Shown piece by piece: positions 9,605 to 19,223 of a stretch of 64,000 bases of DNA. Position 1 is the first letter of the stretch. Each line of letters begins with the position of its first letter. The stretch lies in the IMG/VR virus record IMGVR_UViG_2728369500_000003, positions 1 through 64,000 of that record; one strand, given 5' to 3'. The notes under the pieces are model-generated. The model saw only the letters and a list, made by a program, of their open reading frames with translations, made no database searches and was not told the origin of the DNA. The translations under genes were made by a program, and so were the position numbers. This DNA is from a virus (lineage: Duplodnaviria > Caudoviricetes).

Positions 9605-10250
9605 TGGCTTAGCTCTTTTGCAGAGACAATTAGAGGACAGAAATCTTAAGAAAGCCAGCACAAGGGCCCTAAATAAAGCAATTGCAACAGGCAACACCCT
9701 TTACAGGCGAATGATTTCTGAATATTATAACATCAAACCTATTGATATCAGAAATTCTATTGTGCTGAAAAAAGCAACCTATTCACAGAATGAGGCCTCT
9801 ATCTCAGGGAATTTCAAACCCCTGAGCTTATCCAGGTTTAATCCGCAGTTTGTTAATGGCCGAAGTGTTATTTCTATTCGCTCGGTGAGAAATAAAGAAA
9901 CAGGAAGAAGAACTTTACAGCAAACAGCCCGAAATGCAAGGAAAAACGAGCAAGCCGGTGGAGGCGTTTCTATTGAGATCAAAAAAGGAAGCAGAAAAGT
10001 CATCCCTTATGCTTTCTTAACGAAATCACAGGCCAATACCGGGGTTGAAAAGCAGATTTTTGCCAGAGGAAAATACGCCGGAGGAAAATTCCAGAAAGCA
10101 AAAGAAAGATTCCCCATTACAGCCATGAAAACCACTTCTGTTTTCGGGATTTTGACTCATGACCCTATTCAAAGAAAAATAGAAACAGAATCTAAAGAAA
10201 CCCTGCAAAGAGAGTTTGAAAGACAAATTTATTTATTAACAAGAAGATAA
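9573..10250 (+). CDS. Minor tail/neck protein (gpZ-like)
   Basis: Basic protein, KKASTRALNKAI motif; homologue at 53451..54128. Confidence 0.65.
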   Translation: MIQVTIAHSSNGLALLQRQLEDRNLKKASTRALNKAIATGNTLYRRMISEYYNIKPIDIRNSIVLKKATYSQNEASISGNFKPLSLSRFNPQFVNGRSVISIRSVRNKETGRRTLQQTARNARKNEQAGGGVSIEIKKGSRKVIPYAFLTKSQANTGVEKQIFARGKYAGGKFQKAKERFPITAMKTTSVFGILTHDPIQRKIETESKETLQREFERQIYLLTRR

Positions 10251-10304
10251 CATCCTGAAACGGCACTGCTCAAAAGGAAATCAGACACTCTCTTAAGTGT
10301 TTTT

Positions 10305-10351
10305 TGTCAAATATTTAGCAAAGATACTATGGAATCCAATCCTTTGCTTTG
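10305..10351 (+). promoter_or_regulatory. Putative late promoter (capsid)
   Basis: TGTCAAATATTTAGCAA, 22 bp, TTGCTTTG, 4 bp, ATG. Confidence 0.65.
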
Positions 10352-10355
10352 TATT

Positions 10356-12275
10356 ATGAAAAAGGCAAAAGTTTCCTTATCCTACGTCAGGGCTTCAATA
10401 CCCGAGAACAGCTTTAATGAAAAGAACAACACCATTGAGGTGGTTTTCGCTACAGAAACTCCAGTAAAAAGATATGACTGGAATGAAGGATGCTATTTCA
10501 ATGAAGTTCTCGAGATTTCCAAAGATGCCATCAATTTTGAAAGACTCAATAGAGGCCTTTCTGTTTTGAACTCCCATCAATCCTATGGACTGGAAAATAT
10601 TCTGGGCGTGGTAGAGTCAGCCTGGATCGATGAAAACACCAAAGAAGCCAAAGCCATTATCAGACTTTCCAGCACGGAAAAAGATGCAGATATCATTTCT
10701 AAAATCAAACAGGGCATCATCCGTCATATGAGCGTTGGCTACAAGGTAGATCAGTACACCGTTAAAAAAAATGGCAAAGAAATTCCCGAGTACAGGGCCA
10801 CACGCTGGACTCCCAATGAATTATCACTGGTACCCGTTCCGGCAGACTTTAATTCCGGAATACGATCTCAGCAAAAAGAAGAACATTTTAATTTAATTAC
10901 GATAATGGACCAAGATAATATCCCGGCGGATGAAGTCCCAACACCGCCAAAAGTTCAGAATACACCCACACCTGAACCCAAAGTAAATGAATCAGAGGTA
11001 AGAGCAGAGGCTGTTGCCCAGGAAAGACAAAGAGCAATGGATATTTCAGAGGTCTGCCAGCGGGCAGGCTTAGAAACATCCTTCGCAGATTCACTCATCA
11101 AAAACGGCACCTCATTACATGATGCCAGAGCACTGATCATCGATGAAGTAGCCAAAAGAGCCAATCCGGCGCCCGTAGCAACTCCCCCGCCAGCAGAAGT
11201 GACGCAAGATGAATCCGAGAAAAAAAGAATCTCGATGGTAGAGGGAATTGTTGCAAGAGCGATTCCCGGATCTATAGACCTTAACGGAAACGAAAAAGCG
11301 CTACAGTTCAGAAACATGAGACTTCTCGATATAGCCAAAGACCGATTAACAGCAGCGGGTGAAAACTTCTCGATGTTAAGTGAACAGGAAGTGGTAAAAA
11401 GAGCATGGGCTACCACAGACTTCCCCACCCTCTTATCCCTGGCCTTTGACAGATCCCTCAGAAGATTCTATGAAGGCTACGCCGATGAGTGGAGATTCAT
11501 CGCAAGGCAGGAAAACGCTACCGATTTCAGAGAAAAAACAGGTATCAAAGTCGATGGTGCCGTGTCTTTTGATGAAATTCCCGAAGGAGGAGAATACAAA
11601 GAAAGCAATATTCTACAGGCAGAAGAAGCAAAGATTAAGCTTAAAAAATTCGGAAGAAAATACAGCATCAGCGATATTGCTATTATCAATGATGATTTGA
11701 GTGTCTTCAGCAGACTGCCACAAATTATGGCACTCGGAGCCCAGCAATTCCAAAGTGATCTGGTTTGGTCCAATATCACCGATAACAAAAATGCACCGGA
11801 CGGAAAGGCTTTATTTCATGCTGACCATAAAAATTACGATGCCACAGGAGCCGCTCTCACCACCGATGCATTAAGCATCGCAAGAACCGCCATGAGAAGG
11901 CAAAAATCCCCCGCAGGATTAAAGTTAGGCATTAAACCCCAGTATCTGTTAGTACCCCCGGAATTACAGACCACCGCAGAAAGACTCGTATCAGCAGTAC
12001 TAGCTACCGAAACCGGAAATGTTAACGTTTTCGCAGGACAGCTGAGGGTCATGGTAAGCGATCAGCTCGAAGATCCCAAAGCATGGTACCTCCTGGCAGA
12101 TCCTTCAGCCATTTCAGCAGACGGCATCGTGTACGCTTACCTCAATGGTCAGGGTGGACTTAAAACAGAATCAAGAGTCAACTGGGATACCGATGCCCTG
12201 GAAGTAAAAGGATCCATGGCTTTTGCCACCGCCGTATGGGGATGGGAAGGATGGTATAAAAACAAAGGAAAATAA
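10356..12275 (+). CDS. Fused prohead protease and major capsid protein (probable start MKKAKV)
   Basis: Protease-like motifs LNSHQ, MSVGY, ELSLVPVPAD; Pro-rich linker; capsid domain with KKFGRKYSIS. Confidence 0.9.
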   Translation: MKKAKVSLSYVRASIPENSFNEKNNTIEVVFATETPVKRYDWNEGCYFNEVLEISKDAINFERLNRGLSVLNSHQSYGLENILGVVESAWIDENTKEAKAIIRLSSTEKDADIISKIKQGIIRHMSVGYKVDQYTVKKNGKEIPEYRATRWTPNELSLVPVPADFNSGIRSQQKEEHFNLITIMDQDNIPADEVPTPPKVQNTPTPEPKVNESEVRAEAVAQERQRAMDISEVCQRAGLETSFADSLIKNGTSLHDARALIIDEVAKRANPAPVATPPPAEVTQDESEKKRISMVEGIVARAIPGSIDLNGNEKALQFRNMRLLDIAKDRLTAAGENFSMLSEQEVVKRAWATTDFPTLLSLAFDRSLRRFYEGYADEWRFIARQENATDFREKTGIKVDGAVSFDEIPEGGEYKESNILQAEEAKIKLKKFGRKYSISDIAIINDDLSVFSRLPQIMALGAQQFQSDLVWSNITDNKNAPDGKALFHADHKNYDATGAALTTDALSIARTAMRRQKSPAGLKLGIKPQYLLVPPELQTTAERLVSAVLATETGNVNVFAGQLRVMVSDQLEDPKAWYLLADPSAISADGIVYAYLNGQGGLKTESRVNWDTDALEVKGSMAFATAVWGWEGWYKNKGK

Positions 12276-12302
12276 TTTTTTTTCTAAAAATTACAATTAA
12301 AC

Positions 12303-12623
12303 ATGAAAAATTATATCGAAAAAGGAGAGTTTCTCCACACTGTTTTAGAAGATACTGTAAAAGGAGGTGATCTGGTCATCAAAGAAGACACCATAGGGGT
12401 AGCCGTTTCAGATGGGAACGGAGTGGATTTATGCGCTGTAGCCGTTGAGGGCGTCTTTGAACTTCCTAAAGCTACAGCGGTCGCTTTGAACCAGGGGAAA
12501 AAAGCATATTTTATTTCTGCTGACAAAACCGTTACCGGCGTGGCTTCAGGCAATACACTCATCGGCTACGTTTGGGAAACGGCCGATGCCACTAACCCTG
12601 TAGTAAGAGTGAAAATTGGATAA
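12303..12623 (+). CDS. Capsid cement/decoration protein (DUF2190-like)
   Basis: MKNYIEKGE..VEGVFELPKA motif, directly after the capsid gene. Confidence 0.85.
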   Translation: MKNYIEKGEFLHTVLEDTVKGGDLVIKEDTIGVAVSDGNGVDLCAVAVEGVFELPKATAVALNQGKKAYFISADKTVTGVASGNTLIGYVWETADATNPVVRVKIG

Positions 12624-12948
12624 TGTATTCGACACCTTCAAGGCTCTGACATTCGATGTCATAGCAACGACGATGGGATATGATGCCCAGTGCAGAGGAA
12701 TCACAGCAAGAGTACTTTTCAACCATCCCAGTGAAAATGAAAAGCTCTCCGAACATAACTATGATTATGACCGTCCTACTTTAGAATTTAAAGTGAATGA
12801 CTGGGAAGGAATCCGGGAAGCGATTGAGCGAAAAGAAGATGTTCTGATCACCCTCAGAGGAAAAGAATATTACGCTATGAAAATCATAGGCGATGATCGT
12901 ATCGCCCACGATGGAGACACCTATAAAGTATTACTGGAAGAAGCATAA
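12616..12948 (+). CDS. Head-tail joining protein (FII-like)
   Basis: Position and size; homologue at 58743..59078. Confidence 0.6.
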   Translation: MDNVFDTFKALTFDVIATTMGYDAQCRGITARVLFNHPSENEKLSEHNYDYDRPTLEFKVNDWEGIREAIERKEDVLITLRGKEYYAMKIIGDDRIAHDGDTYKVLLEEA

Positions 12949-13421
12949 TGAATTACCAGGCAGTAGAATCAGAAATCGTCCATCAGATGCAGGCCAATAC
13001 TGATTTATCTGCAATAGCAGATATTACAGTACTTCCGGAAGATATCGCCCAATACAAAATACCGGTTGTGAATGGTTTAGTGACCGTTGTTTTTATGAGT
13101 GAAACCTTTGATAAAAATCAAAGTATCGGCCCCATATCACAGCACAGCACCGCTACCTTTACCATCAGCATTCAATCCAGAAGATTAAGAGGTCCAAAAG
13201 GAGTGTACGTCATTTCAGAACTCATCAAGCAGTCCTTGATGGGGTTTACCCCTACAGATTGCGGAGCGGTTTCTTTAGGGGATTTTGCTTATGTAAACTA
13301 CCAGAATGATGTCTGGGAATATTCCCTGTCGGTTGCATGCAGATCACTCAGAACACAAATCCTCCCCCACTCTGTTGATCCTCCGCTAACGGATCAACCG
13401 GTATATGATCAACCCCAATAA
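12948..13421 (+). CDS. Tail terminator/completion protein (Gp37-like)
   Basis: Position before sheath; LMGFTP motif. Confidence 0.65.
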   Translation: MNYQAVESEIVHQMQANTDLSAIADITVLPEDIAQYKIPVVNGLVTVVFMSETFDKNQSIGPISQHSTATFTISIQSRRLRGPKGVYVISELIKQSLMGFTPTDCGAVSLGDFAYVNYQNDVWEYSLSVACRSLRTQILPHSVDPPLTDQPVYDQPQ

Positions 13422-13427
13422 TGACAT

Positions 13428-13589
13428 ATGAAAAAGTACATCTATAAAGGTCTTGTTAAAACGACACTTGGCGGCTATATTGTTGTTCCAGGCTCAGTCA
13501 TTGAGCTCCCAGAAAAAGACGAAAGAGTAAAAAGTCTCTTGGCACAGGGACTTTTAGAATTAGTAGAAACCAAAAAACAAACAAAATAA
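13428..13589 (+). CDS. 53-aa conserved protein MKKYIYKGL... (not in the ORF track)
   Basis: Fills the gap before the sheath gene; copy at 59555..59716. Confidence 0.75.
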   Translation: MKKYIYKGLVKTTLGGYIVVPGSVIELPEKDERVKSLLAQGLLELVETKKQTK

Positions 13590-13590
13590 T

Positions 13591-15006
13591 ATGGCAGCAA
13601 ATTATCTGCACGGGGTAGAAACACTCGAACTGAAACAGGGCACCAGAACCATACAGGTGGTCAAATCGGCCGTAATAGGTCTGGTGGGTACTGCCCCTTC
13701 GGGTGAAAAAAACACCCCTATTCTGGTGAATTCAGAGAAAGATGCCGCGCAATTTGGAAGTACAATATCCGGATTTTCTATTCCCACGGCTTTAGAGGCT
13801 ATTTTCAACCAGGGAGCCGGAACAGTCATCGTGGTCAATGTTTTTGATCAGACCAGGCATACCACACCGGTAACCGATGAGTCGTTGAAAGTAGAAGACA
13901 GAGCCCTGAAATTAACCTACCCTCCCCTGGATACGGTCATCATAAAAGATGCTGACGGAAACCCCGCAGACTATGTGCGGGATATCGATTACAGCATCGA
14001 TCCTTTTGGAAACTTCAAGGCATTGACTCCCCGTATTGCAGATGGAATATTTATCAAATTTTCCTACAAAAGACTCGATGAAACTAAAATTACGGCCGGC
14101 GATATCATCGGGGAGATCAACCCCGCAACAGACCAGAGAACCGGACTCAAATGCCTGGAACTTGCTTACAATCTTTTCGGGTTTTCTCCAAAAATTATCA
14201 TTACCCCTACCTTTTCAGACGACAGTGCCGTGGCTGCTGAACTGATTTCCACCGCTGAAAAAATGCGTGCCATCTGCTATCTGGATGCCCCCTATGCCAC
14301 GACCGTGCAACAAGCCATTGAAGGCAGAGGACCAGGGGGAACCATCAACTTTAACACCTCCAGTAGTAGAGCACAGCTCCTGTATCCCATGCTCAAAACC
14401 TATAACGTACAAGCCAATTCAGAGGAATTATTTCCTTATTCAGCCTTCCTGGCAGGGGTGAGAGCTAAAGTGGATCATCAAGAAGGCTATTGGGTCTCGG
14501 AGTCCAACCATGAAATTAAAGGAATTACAGGAATTGAAAGAGAGATCAGTGCCGGTATCTCCAATAGCAACAGCGATGCCAATCTTTTGAATGAAAAAGG
14601 AATTACTACCGTATTTAATTCCTATGGCATCGGGTACAGAACATGGGGAAACAGAAGCGCAGCATTTCCTACAGGTACAAGTCCTGATAACTTTATCGCC
14701 GTAAGGAGAACAGCCGATGTCATTAATGAAAGTATTGAACAGGCATGCCTGCAATTTGTAGACCAGCCCATCACTCAGGGATGGATTGACTCCGTCAGGG
14801 AAACCGTGAACGCCTTCTTAAGAACACTACAGGGACGAGGAGCCATCATAGACGGGGTATGTAAATATTTGCAAGAAGATAATCCCCCAACACAGCTGGC
14901 GCAGGGACATGTTACATTCTATGTGGACTTTATGCCGCCTACTCCGGCCGAGAGAATTTCTTTTACTTCCCTGATCAACATTAATTATCTAAGCTCTTTA
15001 AAATAA
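13591..15006 (+). CDS. Tail sheath protein
   Basis: YLHGVE, IGLVGTA, TWGNR, FIAVRRT motifs (P2 FI-like). Confidence 0.95.
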   Translation: MAANYLHGVETLELKQGTRTIQVVKSAVIGLVGTAPSGEKNTPILVNSEKDAAQFGSTISGFSIPTALEAIFNQGAGTVIVVNVFDQTRHTTPVTDESLKVEDRALKLTYPPLDTVIIKDADGNPADYVRDIDYSIDPFGNFKALTPRIADGIFIKFSYKRLDETKITAGDIIGEINPATDQRTGLKCLELAYNLFGFSPKIIITPTFSDDSAVAAELISTAEKMRAICYLDAPYATTVQQAIEGRGPGGTINFNTSSSRAQLLYPMLKTYNVQANSEELFPYSAFLAGVRAKVDHQEGYWVSESNHEIKGITGIEREISAGISNSNSDANLLNEKGITTVFNSYGIGYRTWGNRSAAFPTGTSPDNFIAVRRTADVINESIEQACLQFVDQPITQGWIDSVRETVNAFLRTLQGRGAIIDGVCKYLQEDNPPTQLAQGHVTFYVDFMPPTPAERISFTSLININYLSSLK

Positions 15007-15012
15007 TATAAA

Positions 15013-15537
15013 ATGGCTCAAAAAATCAAAATCGGAAGACTCACCAACGCCAATATATATGTGGATGGAGGGAGCCTTTTGGGGCGTGTTGAAGAATTTC
15101 AATGCCCGACCCTTACTTTCAAGCAGTCTGAACATAAAGCCCTGGGAATGAATGGTACCATAGAATACTATTCCGGCATCGATAAAATGGAAGGCTCCAT
15201 GAAATGGACCTCTTATTATCCTGAATTTTTAAAGAAAATGGCCAATCCATTTAAGGCCGTAAGAATTCAGGTAAGGGGAAGTTTGGAAGAATACCAGGGC
15301 GGAGAAAGAATAGCACAGACTCCTGCTGTTGTTTTCCTTACCATTCAACCAAAGAATTTTCCCCTCGGAAATTTCCAGCAGCATGATAATGTCGAACTTT
15401 CCACAAACTATGGATGTACCTATGTCAGACTGGAAATTGGAGGAGAAGTCATTACGGAAGTAGATGTAGAAGCCAATATCTTTAAAGTCGATGGAGAAGA
15501 TCTGTTAGCAGCGTATAGACAAAATCTGGGAATTTAA
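15013..15537 (+). CDS. Major tail tube protein (P2 FII-like)
   Basis: LTNANIYVDG..VDGEDLLA..RQNLGI. Confidence 0.92.
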   Translation: MAQKIKIGRLTNANIYVDGGSLLGRVEEFQCPTLTFKQSEHKALGMNGTIEYYSGIDKMEGSMKWTSYYPEFLKKMANPFKAVRIQVRGSLEEYQGGERIAQTPAVVFLTIQPKNFPLGNFQQHDNVELSTNYGCTYVRLEIGGEVITEVDVEANIFKVDGEDLLAAYRQNLGI

Positions 15538-15616
15538 TCCTTTTTTTATCGCGTAATAATAAAATTAAACACACAAAACCCACTAAAATTACGATTCAGT
15601 CCGTTAAAAACATTTA

Positions 15617-15655
15617 GAGCCTGTTTAAATTTTCTACTCAAATTTAAACAGGCTC
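15617..15655. repeat. Perfect 16-bp inverted repeat with 7-nt loop (possible terminator or IS-end relic)
   Basis: GAGCCTGTTTAAATTT-TCTACTC-AAATTTAAACAGGCTC; left arm repeated at 19146-19161. Confidence 0.85.
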
Positions 15656-15779
15656 CTTCAAGTTCATTGTTGTTATGAACCTTGAATTCCATTTTCTGAT
15701 CTTTGTATTGTTTGGTGTCGTCTTTTAGGCTGACCGTTATCTCACGCTTGGCGTTCTGTCTTTCCGTTGTTTGTACTCG

Positions 15780-16943
15780 TCATTTGTTTCCTTTTGCTCT
15801 GTTGTGTGTCTTGCATAACATTTGGCAATTTTTCGTGTTAGTTGCACCGCCTTTACTCCAAGCTGTTACGTGGTCTGCGTCCATCTCTGCGAGTTTCCAA
15901 ATTTTAGTTTTATTGCTGTCATGTCCTAATGCACATAATGGGCAATTTGAAACACTCTTTTTCTCTGCTTCTGCTGTCTGAATAGTATAAACAGATTTTT
16001 TTGTCGCATCGTTAAAAACCCGAATTGCTAAAAGTTTGGTATCTGTTGAACCGCCAAGAACATACTCAAAAATCCCTTTATGATTTTCCACATAGGGGTC
16101 AGCATAAAGTGTTTTAACTTTTTCGGAAACTTCTTGTGGGTTGTATGGTTGCTTTTTGTAGGTTTCAAAAAGTCGTCCCCATTCAAGTCCACGCATTTCA
16201 CTTTCTACGTCTATAAATACAGTTGAAACCCAGTCAATAACGCTATTAAAATAAGTTTTTAACTCGTTTATGTCAGTGTCATAACGGTGTTTGCTCATAT
16301 AACCGCCTATATTCCCTTTGCTTACCCAGTCAAGTGCTCTTTCTAAAAACTCTTGTCTGTTTGCACTACCCGAAACGTAAGCACTCCATTTTTGAATATT
16401 GGCATTTTGTGTGTTACTAAATTCTTCCTTGCCAAGTGTTACGAAAGGGCCAGAATAAACAGCATTTAGTAATTCTTGATTGTTAAGTGGAACACCAGTA
16501 ATATTGATTGTCCTAAACCATTCTTTAATTTCACTTTCAGTTCCTTCGCACTCGTAAATTAAAAGTTCTGTATTCAATATTTTTTCTTGCTTGTCCTTTG
16601 CAATACCTCCAAAATATTGCTCCATTCCGCTCTCGTCTTTGATTGCAAATTTGTTAGTTACAAATCTGCCAAAACTTGTAATGCGTTGTTGGCCATCTAA
16701 AACTTCAAACTTGTCTGCACTTAATGTATTGAAATAGATTAGTCCTAATGGATAACCTTTTAAAATGCTTTCAATTACTGCAACATCTCTTTTGCCGTCT
16801 GCATAAATATAATTACGTTGATACTCCGGCTGAATTGTCAGTTTGCCTGACAAACCAAACAGTCCTTTGCCTTCAAGTTCGTTGTAAACAAAGCCATCGC
16901 AAATGGCTTTTACTGTTATATCTGTTCTAAGAGTAGTTTTCAT
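15780..16943 (-). CDS. DUF262 (ParB/Srx-like, GmrS-type) plus C-terminal HNH nuclease
   Basis: [26 protein letters not shown]262 motifs; [29 protein letters not shown] motif. Confidence 0.9.
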   Translation of the reverse strand: MKTTLRTDITVKAICDGFVYNELEGKGLFGLSGKLTIQPEYQRNYIYADGKRDVAVIESILKGYPLGLIYFNTLSADKFEVLDGQQRITSFGRFVTNKFAIKDESGMEQYFGGIAKDKQEKILNTELLIYECEGTESEIKEWFRTINITGVPLNNQELLNAVYSGPFVTLGKEEFSNTQNANIQKWSAYVSGSANRQEFLERALDWVSKGNIGGYMSKHRYDTDINELKTYFNSVIDWVSTVFIDVESEMRGLEWGRLFETYKKQPYNPQEVSEKVKTLYADPYVENHKGIFEYVLGGSTDTKLLAIRVFNDATKKSVYTIQTAEAEKKSVSNCPLCALGHDSNKTKIWKLAEMDADHVTAWSKGGATNTKNCQMLCKTHNRAKGNK

Positions 16944-18110
16944 TTACTTTTTATGTTTTATTAAAACTCTTGCGTAGGGAACTTCAACTACACCATCCAA
17001 AATCATATATAAATCCCCATCAACTGCACCACGCTTCTGAATTTCCTTTCTGTATTTTTTATGTTCAGTTTTATACGGTTGAACTCCGACTTCCAACCCT
17101 GAATTTGAAATACCTAAACCAATAATATCAAATTGATCGGGGTTATACTTATTTAAGAAACTGATAGGAACACCCATTGCACCATCGTAATCGCTTGGTA
17201 TTGCATCAGTAAAGGGAACATCAATAGCATCAAAGTTTTCATATTTCTGATATTCTTTCCCTTTTACTTCTTTGTGTTTGCTGAATTTTATATTGTCTTG
17301 TTTAGTCATTAAAGGTAAAGGATCGTGTCGCCTGCCGTGGTCAAGATTTGTGTACCAACCAGTACCAGCAACACTTATCATTTTCTTACCATCACTACTT
17401 ATTTCAACTTCTGTTCCGCTCAATTCATAGTCATCTGGAACAAAAAAAGTCATATTCTTACCGTTTATTCTTTGATTGAACCTAACTCCAGTCCATAGTT
17501 TATTTTGCTTTATAAGTGAAAAAATATCTTTGTAAGTTATAGCATTCATATTACCGATGATAACAAAATTCTTTTCAGCCTCAATAATCCAAGCAACAAA
17601 TTCACGGAATAATGAGAAAGGAGGATTGGTAATTATTATGTCCGCCTCATTTCTAAGTTTTTTAATTTCTTCACTTCTAAAATCACCATCACCTTTTAAG
17701 TAAGACCACTCCAAATCATTAACATCAATTTTCCCATCGCCTGATTTGTCACGTGTTAAAGTGAAAATTTTACCATTTTGCTTTGTTTTATATTCGTCAA
17801 ACTGTGGGTCGTTTACTTCAAAAAGTGTCGGTTGATAGTTGTTTTTGATCTTTTTACTTTCAGGTGCGTAACTCGTGCTAATTAGTTTTTTAAGTCCGAA
17901 GCGTTCAAAATTTTGAGCAAAGAACTTTGTGAAGTTGCTCCATTCAGGATCGTCACAAGGTAACAATATGGTTTTACCCTTAAAAACTTTGGGATTATAT
18001 TCAAGGTAGGCAGACATTTCTTTTTCAATATCATGGTATTGAGTATAAAACTCATCCATTTTTGCCTTATTCGCATTCCTTAAATTTTTATTCTTTGCTG
18101 TATTCGCCAT
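16944..18110 (-). CDS. Adenine-specific methyltransferase, EcoRI-methylase family
   Basis: DEFYTQY, ILLPCDDPEWSNF, GDGDFRS, ITNPPFSLFRE motifs. Confidence 0.9.
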   Translation of the reverse strand: MANTAKNKNLRNANKAKMDEFYTQYHDIEKEMSAYLEYNPKVFKGKTILLPCDDPEWSNFTKFFAQNFERFGLKKLISTSYAPESKKIKNNYQPTLFEVNDPQFDEYKTKQNGKIFTLTRDKSGDGKIDVNDLEWSYLKGDGDFRSEEIKKLRNEADIIITNPPFSLFREFVAWIIEAEKNFVIIGNMNAITYKDIFSLIKQNKLWTGVRFNQRINGKNMTFFVPDDYELSGTEVEISSDGKKMISVAGTGWYTNLDHGRRHDPLPLMTKQDNIKFSKHKEVKGKEYQKYENFDAIDVPFTDAIPSDYDGAMGVPISFLNKYNPDQFDIIGLGISNSGLEVGVQPYKTEHKKYRKEIQKRGAVDGDLYMILDGVVEVPYARVLIKHKK

Positions 18111-18181
18111 TTCTATTTATCTCGTCTTTATATTTTTAATGTCGGTTCTGTCTTGCGGTGTCGTTTTTACGCTTGCCTGTA

Positions 18182-18308
18182 ATAACGTTTCGAAGCTTTA
18201 TTAAGCAACTGATTTTAACCCACTTAATTTCATTTAACACTAACTTCATTTGAAAACCAAATGTTCAATTTAGCATTGAACCCGCCATTTTGCCAAACTG
18301 CTATTAGC
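18182..18308 (-). other. attC-like cassette junction between protease and methylase
   Basis: Minus strand GGCTAAT (contains the protease stop) AGCAGTTTGGCAAAATGGCGGG ... CGAAAC GTTAT; about 125 bp; arms pair only partly. Confidence 0.55.
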
Positions 18309-18975
18309 CGATGTTATTCTTTAAAATAATTTCTTTGACGTGTTTTATGTTATAAGTTATTACTATTCCAGAATTTTCAAGGTATTTAATTTCCCCTAAT
18401 GGTGTGTCAGTAAAATTAGTTTGGGGTAAGTAGCCAGAAACAACACTAGTTAATACCATTTTATTTGTTGAGTTTTCATAGTAACCAACAGGTCCTCCAG
18501 AAAATCCTGGATTGTTATGACCATCTAATAACATAATCGAACTACCATTTGGTTCATGAATATATCCAGAAACAATACATTTTTTGACAAGTGGAATAGG
18601 AAAGTTTGTTTTATTTGTAAAACTTTGATTTAAATTGTAAGGAAAACCTAGAAAGAAAATGTCACCACCAATAACTATATCCTCATCTAACAAAAAAGGA
18701 ATGTCTTGAACGACTTTTTGTTGTAATTTAAATACAGCAATATCAACCCCTGATATTTCTGAAATATTTATATTTAAGGAAAATTCAATAAAACCATTAT
18801 CAGTACGTATTTTGAAGTTTTTAATTTCTCCATTTTTTGCATTTGGAAATAAATGTTTTGCTGTAATTAGAAATTGGTTATTATTCCATGTAATTATGAA
18901 ACATGTCCCTACTGAAGTTTCAAAAATAATATTAAATGTGTTCGTAAAAAATCCTAAAGGTATTGATTTTTCCAT
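18304..18975 (-). CDS. Trypsin-like serine protease
   Basis: LITAKH (His), DIAVF (Asp), NNPGFSGGPV (Ser); no obvious signal peptide. Confidence 0.85.
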   Translation of the reverse strand: MEKSIPLGFFTNTFNIIFETSVGTCFIITWNNNQFLITAKHLFPNAKNGEIKNFKIRTDNGFIEFSLNINISEISGVDIAVFKLQQKVVQDIPFLLDEDIVIGGDIFFLGFPYNLNQSFTNKTNFPIPLVKKCIVSGYIHEPNGSSIMLLDGHNNPGFSGGPVGYYENSTNKMVLTSVVSGYLPQTNFTDTPLGEIKYLENSGIVITYNIKHVKEIILKNNIG

Positions 18976-19079
18976 AGTTTTTTTTTATAATGTTGTCTAA
19001 CTCTTTTATACTCGCTATAAACTAGCGACTATACATCTTAGTTGTGATGAATAGTCGCTACCAAGTAGCTAATTTTTAT

Positions 19080-19087
19080 CAAAAATA
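19080..19087 (-). promoter_or_regulatory. Bacteroidota -7 box that could drive the antisense cargo
   Basis: TATTTTTG on the minus strand matches TAnnTTTG, upstream of a GTTAGAC core at 18995-19001. Confidence 0.45.
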
Positions 19088-19223
19088 CTTTTTTTTTATT
19101 TTCCTACAAGTCATCAAACGGATTTTTATTTGTTGAATACTTTTAGAGCCTGTTTAAATTTTAGTGGAAAATTTTGTTAAAGCATTTCCGTGAACTTCCT
19201 ACAAAATCCATTCAGGAGAAACC

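Noticed and set aside
10955-11428. Antisense ORF repeated at 57082..57555, and similar paired minus-strand ORFs
   Set aside because: They are shadows of conserved sense genes; their recurrence follows from the duplicated sense ORFs.
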